Shown here: in pieces, positions 1-9,061 of the stretch
How the letters are laid out: each line of letters starts with the position of its first letter
Numbering within the stretch: the first letter of the stretch is position 1
From: Candidatus Latescibacterota bacterium
Lineage (GTDB): Bacteria > Latescibacterota > UBA2968 > GCA-2709665
Direction: 5' to 3'
NCBI GenBank assembly: GCA_965219455.1
Contig: OZ244744.1
Coordinates: 2,240,001 to 2,304,000, forward strand
Length of the DNA: 64,000 bases
Notes under the pieces: model-generated
Databases searched by the model: none
What the model was told of the DNA's origin: nothing
The model's input: only the letters and a program-made list of their open reading frames with translations
Translations under genes and position numbers: made by a program

Positions 1-1
1 G

Positions 2-232
2 GAGCGGCAGAACACGTTAATCGGAAGACTCGGGATTCCGTCCGGCGCCGGGATACTCGGAGCAGACGAACTGATCGGGCGAATGGCGAGCGACAAGAAA
101 GCGCGGGATGGGGTGATCCGGTTTGTACTGCCGGAGGCGATCGGACGTGCTGTGTCCTGCGACACGGTGGATAGAAAGGAGATTAAGGCGGGGATCCGGT
201 ACATGCAGGAACTTTCGCCCGCATCGGGTTGA
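2..232 (+). CDS. aroB: 3-dehydroquinate synthase, C-terminal part (gene starts before the window)
   Basis: Manual translation of frame +2 gives ...ELIGRMASDKKARDGVIRFVLPEAIGRA...*, matching the AroB C-terminal M-x-x-DKK...IRFVL...IG motif. Confidence 0.8.
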   Translation, partial: ERQNTLIGRLGIPSGAGILGADELIGRMASDKKARDGVIRFVLPEAIGRAVSCDTVDRKEIKAGIRYMQELSPASG

Positions 233-261
233 AGGTCGTCGTGACCGGGCGACCATCCGCG

Positions 262-765
262 TCAACGCGTCAACCGTTTGATAACCGCGCTGTGTTCGGG
301 AAAGTCCCTGATCAAATCGGCCCGATTCGCCAATTCAAAGTCCTCGAATTCGAAACCGGGAGCAACCGTGCCGCCCACCAGCGCGTATGAGTCGGGCTTA
401 TTCAGCGTCGCGCCGTACCAGCAGCGGGCGTTGATGACCGCCGCGAACCATTCATCGTTTTCGGGGTTGTTGCCGAGCAGGATTCGGTCGTATTCGCCGC
501 TTTGATCGATTGTATGGATGGTGATGGACGATCCCGCATAGAAGTGCCAGACTTCGTTGGACTGAATACGGTGAAGGGCGGAAAAGTCGTCGCCCTCAAG
601 CAGGAAGTAGATGGCGGTTGAAAGCGATCGGGGGCCGTTGAACCGCTCCGGGAGGGCCTGAGCGGCGACGGTCTCCACCGAGCGGTATATTTCCCGATAG
701 AAGCCGCCTTCGGGATGCTTTTTGAGTTTCAGCTTTGAGATCCAGTAATCGGCATTCTGGCCCAT
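262..765 (-). CDS. Cupin_5 (DUF985) family protein
   Basis: HPEGGFYRE, STAIYFLL, HRI-x-S-x-EVWHFY, VAPGFEFEDFE motifs. Confidence 0.9.
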   Translation of the reverse strand: MGQNADYWISKLKLKKHPEGGFYREIYRSVETVAAQALPERFNGPRSLSTAIYFLLEGDDFSALHRIQSNEVWHFYAGSSITIHTIDQSGEYDRILLGNNPENDEWFAAVINARCWYGATLNKPDSYALVGGTVAPGFEFEDFELANRADLIRDFPEHSAVIKRLTR

Positions 766-789
766 AACAATAGAAAAAACCCACGGATC

Positions 790-812
790 AGGGGCGAGAC
801 AATCTCGCCCCT
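790..812. repeat. REP-like palindrome or terminator hairpin
   Basis: AGGGGCGAGA-caa-TCTCGCCCCT, a perfect 10-bp stem between mnmA and the cupin gene. Confidence 0.55.
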
Positions 813-884
813 TTTGATTTCTTGGAGACGAATCCCATCACAATCTCAGGTCCTGGGACGGCAACAAGACTTGGCGATATACGC

Positions 885-1949
885 CTATGCTATAACACCG
901 CCCCCCAGACAAATATCGCCATCGTAAAAGACGGCCGATTGTCCGGCGGCCACACCAGGGTCCTTTTCCGACATTTCCACGGTCAGGCGGGTACCGCAGG
1001 CGGGCGCAATACGACACGGTACGGTCCGGGGCCCGTGTCGGATTTTGACATGAACGTCGTGTCGATCGGGAGCGCCGGAGATCCAGTTCGGATTTGATAC
1101 CGTGAAACGACTCGACGACCGGTCCGCCAGGTGTGTCTTGTGGGACACGTAGACAACGTTGTCTTCGGTGTCTTTCCTGACCACGTACCAGGGACCGGCG
1201 GCAAGGCCGAGACCTTCGCGCTGTCCGATGGTGTAAAACCAGTAGCCCCGGTGACGACCGAGCCGGGTGCCCGACTCCAGTTCGATGATGTCACCGGGCT
1301 TTTCTCCCAGGTGCGCCCTGACAAAGTCGGTATAGCTTATTTTACCCAGAAAGCAGATCCCCTGGCTGTCCTTGCGGTTGTGGTTCGGCAGACCGAAGAT
1401 CCGTGCGTGTTCCCTCACCTGCGGTTTGGTGAGATGCCCGATGGGAAAACATGCGCGTTTGAGCTGCGCCTGTTTGAGTGCGGATAGAAAGTACGTCTGG
1501 TCCTTGACGGGGTCCGGCGCTCGCCTCAGGTAACAGGTACCGTTTAGTTCGGCAATTCGGGCATAGTGCCCCGAAGCGACTTTGTGGTAGCTGCTGTCGA
1601 TTCGGGCCGCGAACTCGCCGAATTTGATGCGCCGATTGCAAACGATGTCCGGGCTGGGGGTTCGTCCGGCTCTGAGTTCGGACACGGCGTGGGAGACCAC
1701 CTGGTCCAGGTATTCGCCCTGAAGGGGAATAATACGCAGGGGTACCCCGGCCTGTTCGCAGACAGCGCGCGCGTACTTGAGATCTTTCTCCCAGGGGCAG
1801 TCGCCCAGGAAGGCAAGTTCGTCTTCAAGCCAGACCTTGAGGTAGAAGGCAGTGATCTCGTGGCGCCCTTCTCTGCACAACAGGTTGAGGGCCACGGAAC
1901 TGTCGACGCCGCCGGAGAGCAGGAGGGCGATTTTCATGGATCGATTCAA
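885..1949 (-). CDS. mnmA: tRNA 2-thiouridine(34) synthase MnmA
   Basis: SGGVDSSVA PP-loop, TPSPDIVCN, SGHYA, KDQTYFL, DSQGICF, AGQSAVFY. Confidence 0.95.
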   Translation of the reverse strand: MNRSMKIALLLSGGVDSSVALNLLCREGRHEITAFYLKVWLEDELAFLGDCPWEKDLKYARAVCEQAGVPLRIIPLQGEYLDQVVSHAVSELRAGRTPSPDIVCNRRIKFGEFAARIDSSYHKVASGHYARIAELNGTCYLRRAPDPVKDQTYFLSALKQAQLKRACFPIGHLTKPQVREHARIFGLPNHNRKDSQGICFLGKISYTDFVRAHLGEKPGDIIELESGTRLGRHRGYWFYTIGQREGLGLAAGPWYVVRKDTEDNVVYVSHKTHLADRSSSRFTVSNPNWISGAPDRHDVHVKIRHGPRTVPCRIAPACGTRLTVEMSEKDPGVAAGQSAVFYDGDICLGGGVIA

Positions 1950-2209
1950 GACACACCATCCGCGTAAAAAGGATTTGTTGAATAGCTGGCGCCCGGGGCA
2001 CTGCCTATCCTTCCCCTGCCCGCGACCGTGGCTTCGTCGCCCGGGAATACCGCCGCGGCGTAGTCCGCCATAATATTCGCGGCGGGCGTGGCCATGCCTG
2101 CAATGGTTGCGGCGAATAGGTCCAGAAGATTCTTGCTCAGTTGCTTCCGGACATCATCCGGAAGATCGCCGTATCGGACGTGTGTAATAAAATCGTTTAT
2201 CGGGTGCAA
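1946..2209 (-). pseudogene. Truncated MmgE/PrpD-family protein (N-terminal ~75 aa only)
   Basis: FI...YGDLPDDVR...LLDLFAATIAG...ATVAG resembles the MmgE/PrpD N-terminus; full-length members are ~450 aa; the ORF runs into the mnmA start. Confidence 0.6.
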
Positions 2210-2228
2210 GAGATCCGGGCTTCCCGCT

Positions 2229-3143
2229 TCATTCCGTCAGAATCTGATTCTCGATGTCCAGCCCGACCCGGTTGCTCCAGGCAGCCATCATATCTCTGAA
2301 AAGCGGACCGGGTTCACCGCTGCCAACGGGTATGTTGTTGAATTTCGTACAGGGGGCGATGCAATATGGCGTGGTGGTCAGCCAGGCCTCGTCGGCATTC
2401 GCGACGTCGTATGGCTGAATGTCTTTTTCTATCCAGTTGAGACCGAGTTCGGCAGCGAGTTCCTTGACGGTGAGGAGGCTGACGCCCTGGAGTATGTTCC
2501 GCGTGGTGGGGGAGTAGATTGTGCCGTCCGCAACGACGACAAAGTTGGAACCCGCGCATTCCGTGACGTTTCCATCCAGGTCGAGAAGCAGCGTTATCGC
2601 TTCCGGGTCGACCGCGTGGGTCTGCTGGTCGGCCAGCCACCAGTGCAGGCGGGACCGGTTCTTGGACTTCGGATCCAGGCATTGGGGCGGGACGTGCCGA
2701 ATGGCCGGCGTGACGACGTGGGCGCCGACCTCGAAGAGATGACGCCAGACGCGGAAGGGCAACGGAAAGGAGTGAATACAGACGGTTGGCGTGAAGCGCA
2801 CGCTCCCCGCGGCGCTACCGGCGTAGATTTCGTTCTCACCCGCAGTGATGAAGTGTACGATCCCGAGGTCCGCTTCAGGTTCGATCAGTTCATTATTGGT
2901 TTCAATGAGTTCGAGGGTCTTCTCCCGCATCTCGTTGCGCGTCAGCGGCGGTTGAATGCCGGCGTATTTGCACGATCGGTAGAGCCGGTCCAGGTGATCG
3001 TCCAGGCGAAACGGCGCGTGGGCGAAGGTACGGGTCATTTCGGTGAGCGTGGCGCCCAGAATGATGCCCAGGTCGTAGATCTTGATGGCTGCCTGGGAGG
3101 CGGGCACGAAATCTCCGTTGAGGAAGACAATCGGTTCTTTCAT
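2229..3143 (-). CDS. Aminotransferase class IV (branched-chain/D-amino acid type)
   Basis: FLNGDFVP...A.IKIYD, FRLDDHLDRL, ECAGSN, ILQGVS, ADEAWLT, G.G.PGP. Confidence 0.9.
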   Translation of the reverse strand: MKEPIVFLNGDFVPASQAAIKIYDLGIILGATLTEMTRTFAHAPFRLDDHLDRLYRSCKYAGIQPPLTRNEMREKTLELIETNNELIEPEADLGIVHFITAGENEIYAGSAAGSVRFTPTVCIHSFPLPFRVWRHLFEVGAHVVTPAIRHVPPQCLDPKSKNRSRLHWWLADQQTHAVDPEAITLLLDLDGNVTECAGSNFVVVADGTIYSPTTRNILQGVSLLTVKELAAELGLNWIEKDIQPYDVANADEAWLTTTPYCIAPCTKFNNIPVGSGEPGPLFRDMMAAWSNRVGLDIENQILTE

Positions 3144-3620
3144 GTAATGGCTCTATCTGGCGAATTGCCGGTGACGGCGTTGTGTGATTCCCCGGGATAT
3201 AATTGCGGGCGGAACACGGCCACGCACGGGAGAAACGTCTCGGCCTGTTGACGGAGCGGGTTGCACCGAAAGGCGTTGCGGGCCCCATTGATCGAATGCA
3301 CTGGTATTCGGAGATGCTTCGGCGAGCGGAACCGGATGGCGAAGAGGCCCCCTGTAGTTCCGGATGGGATACGGAAGGCATGGATTTCAGAAATCCCGAC
3401 GCCTCGCAACTCGTCCATAATATACCGGATGGGTATTGTCAAGACAAACGGAAAGGGATTTTGTGGGGTTGCGGCGGAAGGGCAAGCTGCAAGGTAGAAG
3501 GCTTTGTTGCCCACAATACAGACAAAGACGCTACCGCATATACAGATGATGCCTCAGCCCATAAAGGTGTTCAGGGCTTGAGGCATCGGGGGGTAAAGAC
3601 TATGATTGTATGGGACGTCT

Positions 3621-4031
3621 TCATTTCTGGCCGCTTTGCGCGTCTTGTAGCATTTCGGATATCTTCTCCATTCGGGCTCTTTCTTCCTTTTGATTTTTTT
3701 CTAATGCCTCCAGGAGCGCACTCAATTCTCCTTCGCGCTTTTTGCTGGAAGCTTCCAACTCCCTTAGAGCCTTAATTGCTCTTGCTCTCGTTTTGGCCTC
3801 GCTCTCCGCGATCCACTTATCGGCAAGCTTCATCATTGCGCCCATGAAATCAACTCCTTCTATGATGAAAAAGGATAGCGTTACGGAGAATATACCCGCC
3901 TCGTATAGATTTTCGACTAAATCTCTTTCAGGTGGTCTATATCGATCTGTCAGGGTGAACAAGAAAATGAGCAAATTCAACGCCCCAAAAAGAGCGCGGT
4001 CACTTACGCTCCATATGGGCTCTCGTTCCAT
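3621..4031 (-). CDS. Hypothetical membrane protein (two hydrophobic segments plus coiled-coil tail) in an AT-rich patch
   Basis: 136-aa ORF with an upstream sigma70-like promoter; charged helical C-terminus. Confidence 0.6.
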   Translation of the reverse strand: MEREPIWSVSDRALFGALNLLIFLFTLTDRYRPPERDLVENLYEAGIFSVTLSFFIIEGVDFMGAMMKLADKWIAESEAKTRARAIKALRELEASSKKREGELSALLEALEKNQKEERARMEKISEMLQDAQSGQK

Positions 4032-4077
4032 TTATTTTATTCTCTTGCGTGAGTTGACTTAATGGTGTACACGGAAA

Positions 4078-4106
4078 ATTAAATGTATTTACACGAGTAA
4101 AGTCAA
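4078..4106 (-). promoter_or_regulatory. Sigma70-like promoter for 4031..3621
   Basis: Minus strand TTGACT-N17-TTTAAT. Confidence 0.55.
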
Positions 4107-4466
4107 GCGTTTTTTAGCATCCTTTATCGAAATCCGAAAAACCGCATGATAGCGGGCTTTTTCGAGGATTGTTGGCCTTGATTTGCCTGTCTATGATGTG
4201 CTCGCCCCTTTGCAAAATGCAAGTAATCATGACAACTTAACAGAGAGGGTTTGCAATGAGTAAGGCGATGGAAATGGTAGGGCGTGGTGTTGCGGGCCAG
4301 GATCAGGATCTGTGGAAAAAAGAAGCAAGAATAAGATGGATTGACCAGCGACCTTCTGTTGTTTGCCCCTCGCAAATGTGACTTTGGGTTATAATCCTCT
4401 TTTTTTTGCAACCGCAGTTTCAATGACGGCCTTGGGCTTGGCGCCTCCTCAACGGTCGCCCAATCG

Positions 4467-6002
4467 CTACATCCACAGATTCCGATCCAGACTGCGGTAC
4501 TGAATGGCCTCCCCGACATGCTGAGGTTTGATTTCGGATTCTTCTTCCAGATCCGCAATGGTGCGGCTCACTTTCAGGATGCGGTCGTAGGCGCGTGCGG
4601 ACAGGCCGAGTTTCGTGATTGCCATTTTGAGAAGTTCTTCCCCTTTGCCGTCGATTCTGCAATATTCCCGAATTTCCGCGGAGCCCATGTGCGCATTGCA
4701 GAACAGGTGTTGTTTCTCGCGGAAGCGATGAAGTTGCACCTTGCGGGCGGTATTGACCCCTTCGCGAATGGCATCGGACGTATCTCCGCCGGGTTCACCG
4801 ACAAGTTCAGAGTAGTCGACCCCGGGTACTTCAATGTGAATGTCGATGCGGTCAAGGAGTGGGCCGGAAATTCGGGCCATATACCGCTGGATGATCGGCG
4901 GGGAACATGTACAATCGTTTTTGGGATCGCCGAAGTATCCACATGGGCACGGGTTCAGGGCGCACGCGAGCATGAATTGGGCCGGATAGGTCAGAGAGAC
5001 CATCGCGCGGGCAATGGTGACAAATCCGTCCTCAAGAGGTTGGCGCAGAACTTCGAGGACATGCTTTTTGAACTCAGGTAGCTCATCCAGGAAGAGTACG
5101 CCGTGGTGTGCAAGGGAGACCTCGCCGGGTCGCGGGTGAGGTCCGCCGCCGATCAGGCCGGCGTCCGAGATCGTGTGGTGAGGGGACCGAAAGGGCCGGA
5201 TCGCCACCAGGGTGGTATCCGGAGGCAACAGTCCGGCCACGGAGTGAATCTTGGTGGCTTCGAGGGCTTCATCCAGGGTCAGATCGGGCAGGATGGTGGG
5301 CAGGCGGCGGGTGAGCATCGTTTTGCCGGAACCGGGCGGACCGATCATGATGATGTTATGGCCACCGCTGGCAGCCACCTCCAGCGCACGCTTGGCGTGC
5401 ACCTGGCCCCGGACGTCGCGGAAATCTATACGGTAGTCCAGGGCCTGGCTGAAGATCTGGTCGATATCGATCTGGAGTGCCGGCACGGCTCGATAGCCCT
5501 CCAGGAAGTCCAGTGTCTCCAGCAGGTCGCCGACAGGATGGACATCGATACCGCCGGCAATGGCTGCCTCACGGGCGTTCTCACGGGGGAGGATCATGCC
5601 CTTGAGGCCTGCCTGGCGGGTCTCGACCGCCATCGGCAGAACGCCCCGGACGGGCCGGACCGCTCCGTCAAGAGCAAGTTCGCCCAGAATCGAGTATTGG
5701 GAGAGGATTTCAGGCGAGATATCTCCGGCAGCGGCCAGGATGCCCACCGCGATGGGCAGGTCGAAAGCCGAGCCTTCCTTGCGGATATCCGCGGGAGCGA
5801 GATTGACCGTTACACGGCGATTCGGAAAGGTCCGACCGGTGTTTTTTATGGCGGCGGTCACGCGATCCCGGCTTTCCTTGACGGCGTTGTCCGGCAGACC
5901 TACCATCGAGAATGCGGGAAGTTGATAGTCCAGATCGGTCTCTATGCGCACAATATAGGCGTCAATGCCCAGGGTGGCGCAACTCAACACGCGGGACATC
6001 AT
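4467..6002 (-). CDS. comM: YifB/ComM family Mg-chelatase-like AAA+ ATPase
   Basis: VGLPDNAVKESRDRV, GPPGSGKT, RPFRSPHH, GEVSLAHHGVLFLDE, SARAYDRILKVSRTIADL; start reset to the ATG at 6002 behind GAGGAGG. Confidence 0.93.
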   Translation of the reverse strand: MMSRVLSCATLGIDAYIVRIETDLDYQLPAFSMVGLPDNAVKESRDRVTAAIKNTGRTFPNRRVTVNLAPADIRKEGSAFDLPIAVGILAAAGDISPEILSQYSILGELALDGAVRPVRGVLPMAVETRQAGLKGMILPRENAREAAIAGGIDVHPVGDLLETLDFLEGYRAVPALQIDIDQIFSQALDYRIDFRDVRGQVHAKRALEVAASGGHNIIMIGPPGSGKTMLTRRLPTILPDLTLDEALEATKIHSVAGLLPPDTTLVAIRPFRSPHHTISDAGLIGGGPHPRPGEVSLAHHGVLFLDELPEFKKHVLEVLRQPLEDGFVTIARAMVSLTYPAQFMLACALNPCPCGYFGDPKNDCTCSPPIIQRYMARISGPLLDRIDIHIEVPGVDYSELVGEPGGDTSDAIREGVNTARKVQLHRFREKQHLFCNAHMGSAEIREYCRIDGKGEELLKMAITKLGLSARAYDRILKVSRTIADLEEESEIKPQHVGEAIQYRSLDRNLWM

Positions 6003-6246
6003 ACGGGCCTCCTCAGAGCCTCTTGGGAACGTGACTGAACTCCGTGGAAGCGCGTTGTACTGCAAGGAGTCCTGTGTTGGTGAATCCCCGACATCCTCTG
6101 AGAAGGCAAAGGGTGTGCCAGCGAAACCGGACGCACCTAACCTGCTGTACGGAAAAGAGATGGAGTTGACGGCAGGAACATTGGAGGGAACGGCGGGAAA
6201 GGGATTTTCAAAATTCGGCGAAGGGATTGAACAATATGTCGATGCG

Positions 6247-6331
6247 AACCGGCGATTCAACTCGGTCGCGCACCTTGTCTTCGGTCACACTGGGCGTCAC
6301 ATGCAGAGCAACTTTATCAAGGGACTGCTAA
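6247..6331. mobile_element. MITE family A, right-half remnant abutting the fabV stop codon
   Basis: GATTCAACTCGGTCGCGCACCTTGTCTTCGGTCACA...TTTATCAAGGGACTGCTAA matches the right half of the copy at 27558..27726. Confidence 0.75.
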
Positions 6332-7506
6332 AGGGACTGGTCCGGGTTTACGTCGGCCGCATAGTCGACCGCAGGAAGGCCGAAGCCGAAGAGCTTGAGG
6401 AATTCCTTGCGATAGCCATGCAGATCCGAAATCACTTCCAGATTTTCGGTCGTTACGGATTCCCAAAGGGATGAGATGCGCGACTGTACGTCTTCTCTGA
6501 TCTCCAGGTCATCGATCCGGATGCGCCCGGTCTCGTCCGTGAGAACTTGAGGACCGGCATAGACTCGATCTTTCAGGAGCCGGTACATCTGTTGTATACA
6601 TCCCTCGTGAAATTTCTTCTCCTTCATAATCTTGTAGAGCAGCGAAATGTAGAGGGGTACCACCGGAAGCGCCGCGCTGGATTGTGTGACCACGGCCTTG
6701 TTTGCGGAGACGTAGGCGCTTCCGTTTCTTTTTTTCAGCCGGGCGCTTAATTTGCGAGCCGTGGCCTCGAGGTGAATTTTCGCTTTTCCAATGGTGCCGT
6801 CTCCGTAGATCGGCCGGGTCAGGTCCGGGCCGATATAGGTGAAGGCGACCGTGCGCACGCCCTCGGAAAGCACGCCTGCTGCTTCAAGCGCCCGAATCCA
6901 CAGCTCCCAATCGTCTCCTCCCATCACGGCAACGGTATCGTCGATCTCTTCGTCGCTGGCCGGTTCTATCGTAACATCCGAGACGACGCCAGTGTGGATA
7001 TCGACCGTTTTGCCCGTGTAGGGTTCGCCCACAGGTTTCAATACGGAGGTGTATTGCGCCCCAGTTTGCGGATGGATTCGCCGCGGCGACGCCAGGCTGT
7101 AGACGACGAGGTCGACGCCTCCCAGGTTGTTTTTGATGGCTGAAATGGTCTGTTCCTTGATTTCATCAGAAAACGCGTCGCCGTTTATGCTCGTCGAAAA
7201 ACAGCCGGCGTCCCTTGCGGCGCTTTCAAAGGCGACCGAATTGTACCATCCCGCCGAGGCCGTGCGATTCCTGAAGGCAGGTCTTTCAAAGAAAACACCC
7301 ACGGTCCGAGCGCTTCCGCCGAAGCAGGCTGCAATTCGAGAGGCCAGCCCGTATCCGGTCGACGCGCCGACAACCAGCACATTCCGGAATCCATTCAAGG
7401 GCGGCTGTTTCTTCACCCAGTCGATCTGTTCACGTACATTCTGCGCACATCCGACGGGGTGCGCCGTCGTACATATGTATCCTCGAATTCTGGGTTTGAC
7501 AATCAT
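6328..7506 (-). CDS. fabV: Enoyl-ACP/trans-2-enoyl-CoA reductase FabV
   Basis: MIVKPRIRGYICTTAHPVGC, GASTGYGLASRI, YSLASPRR, VMGGDDW, GTIGKAK, HEGCIQQM. Confidence 0.95.
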   Translation of the reverse strand: MIVKPRIRGYICTTAHPVGCAQNVREQIDWVKKQPPLNGFRNVLVVGASTGYGLASRIAACFGGSARTVGVFFERPAFRNRTASAGWYNSVAFESAARDAGCFSTSINGDAFSDEIKEQTISAIKNNLGGVDLVVYSLASPRRIHPQTGAQYTSVLKPVGEPYTGKTVDIHTGVVSDVTIEPASDEEIDDTVAVMGGDDWELWIRALEAAGVLSEGVRTVAFTYIGPDLTRPIYGDGTIGKAKIHLEATARKLSARLKKRNGSAYVSANKAVVTQSSAALPVVPLYISLLYKIMKEKKFHEGCIQQMYRLLKDRVYAGPQVLTDETGRIRIDDLEIREDVQSRISSLWESVTTENLEVISDLHGYRKEFLKLFGFGLPAVDYAADVNPDQSL

Positions 7507-7534
7507 GAGGCCGTCCTTTCGCGGGAATCAGGCC

Positions 7535-7601
7535 TTAACAGCCCGTTGAGAAAGTCCATCCGGGCTGCGGCCGGCTCTTGTGGCCGAATGACTGAGTTGC
7601 G
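7535..7601. mobile_element. MITE family A, left-half remnant upstream of fabV
   Basis: TTAACAGCCCGTTGAGAAAGTCCATCCGGGCTGCGGCCGGCTCTTGTGGCCGAATGACTGAGTTGCG matches the left half of the 27558 copy. Confidence 0.8.
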
Positions 7602-7642
7602 GGAGATCGTGCGCTTGACGCCGCCGCGAAAGCGTCGTGGAA

Positions 7643-9061
7643 TCACGTTTTTTCCTCCGGTTCGACGGCGGGTTGTGTTTCTGTCCAGGGTGAGAGCGAT
7701 TCAAAAGCGGCGGAGGCGCGCAATACGCCCACGTCGTCGCGCCAGCGCCCGACAATCTGGAGGCCAACCGGCAATCCGTTCCCTGCAAAGCCGGCCGGAA
7801 CGCTGGCCGTCGGCTGGCCCGTGATGTTGAAGGGATACGTGAAAGCGGTCCAGCCGAGATAGCTGGTCGGATGGCCCGCGATATCACCAGGATGGTCGCA
7901 TCCGGCGGTAAAGGCTGTAACCGGAAGTGTCGGGCTGAGAAACAGGTCGTAGGCGCCCATGAATTCGCGCCACCCGTGGTAATAGTCATTGCGCCGCGCG
8001 TAGGCCGTTGCCAGCTCGGCGCCGGAGACGCATTTCCCCCTTTCAATCACGGCGAGGAGGCCGGCGTCCAGGAGGTCCCGGACGTCGTTCAGGTTGTCCT
8101 TGAACACACCCGCGAACGAGGCGGACCAGATCGTGTCGGCAATATCCCAGGGGTCGGGCAGCCCCGGATGGGCTTCTTCGACATTGCAGCCGAGTTCCTG
8201 AAACCGCGCCGCCGCCGCCGCCGCGATCGTTCGGACATCGGGGTCGATCCGGGCGTATCCGAGATCGGGAGACCACGCAATGCGCATGCCGGCGATATCG
8301 CCTTCCATTTCGCTGAGGTAGTCGGTGGAATCGGGCAGCGAGAGGCGGTCCATGGGGTGGGCGCCGGCCATGGCCGTGAGCATCAACGCGGCATCCTTCA
8401 CCGTGCGGGTAATGGGACCCGCGTGGGAGAGCAATTCGACCAAACTGGCCGGGTATTGTGGAACACGCCCCCAGGAAGGTTTGAGTCCGTAGAGGCCGCA
8501 AAAACTGCACGGGATGCGGATGGAGCCGGCACCGTCCGTTCCCTGGGCGAGCGGTCCCATACCCAGGGCGACGGCGGCCGCAGCGCCTCCGCTGGACCCG
8601 CCAGCCGTACGGCCGTACATCCAGGGATTGTGCACCGGGCCGTTGACGCGGTTTCCGGAATCTCCCTTCCAGCCCAGTTCAGGGGTGGTGGTCTTGCCGA
8701 GAAGGACCATTCCGGCGTTGTAGAGGCGTTCCGCAAGCGGTGCGTCGTAATCCGGCACCCAGTTGTTGTAGAGCAGGGATCCCCGGGCGGTGCGGATACC
8801 CTTTGTGGGGGTGAGATCCTTGAGCGAACCGGGGATACCGGCCAGAATCCCGGTCTCACCCCTGATATAGGCACGTTCGGCGCAATTTGCCTGTTCGAGG
8901 GCACGTTCGCAGGTCACCGTGACGTAGGGGTTGAAAGCAGGGTTGAGCCGTTCAATTCGGCGCAGCAGCGCTTCCGTGACTTCGACGGGCGAGAGTTTAC
9001 GCTTTTGATACAGGTTGCGCAGTTCGAATGCCGAAAGATAGCAAAGATCGTCTGAATTCAT
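7643..9061 (-). CDS. Amidase signature family protein
   Basis: GIPGSLKD, GKTTTPE, GGSSGG, GTDGAGSIRIP, GLPVGLQIVG. Confidence 0.93.
   Translation of the reverse strand: MNSDDLCYLSAFELRNLYQKRKLSPVEVTEALLRRIERLNPAFNPYVTVTCERALEQANCAERAYIRGETGILAGIPGSLKDLTPTKGIRTARGSLLYNNWVPDYDAPLAERLYNAGMVLLGKTTTPELGWKGDSGNRVNGPVHNPWMYGRTAGGSSGGAAAAVALGMGPLAQGTDGAGSIRIPCSFCGLYGLKPSWGRVPQYPASLVELLSHAGPITRTVKDAALMLTAMAGAHPMDRLSLPDSTDYLSEMEGDIAGMRIAWSPDLGYARIDPDVRTIAAAAAARFQELGCNVEEAHPGLPDPWDIADTIWSASFAGVFKDNLNDVRDLLDAGLLAVIERGKCVSGAELATAYARRNDYYHGWREFMGAYDLFLSPTLPVTAFTAGCDHPGDIAGHPTSYLGWTAFTYPFNITGQPTASVPAGFAGNGLPVGLQIVGRWRDDVGVLRASAAFESLSPWTETQPAVEPEEKT

Noticed and set aside
6040-6150. c-di-GMP-I or c-di-AMP riboswitch, or a hammerhead ribozyme
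   Set aside because: Only isolated words match (GGCAAA/GGACGCA, GGTGAATCC, CTGAGAA/GAAAC); spacing and core elements are wrong and there is no downstream gene on that strand. Kept only as an unassigned structure
6003-6260. N-terminal extension of ComM
   Set aside because: A strong RBS precedes the ATG at 6002 and the extension is not family-like
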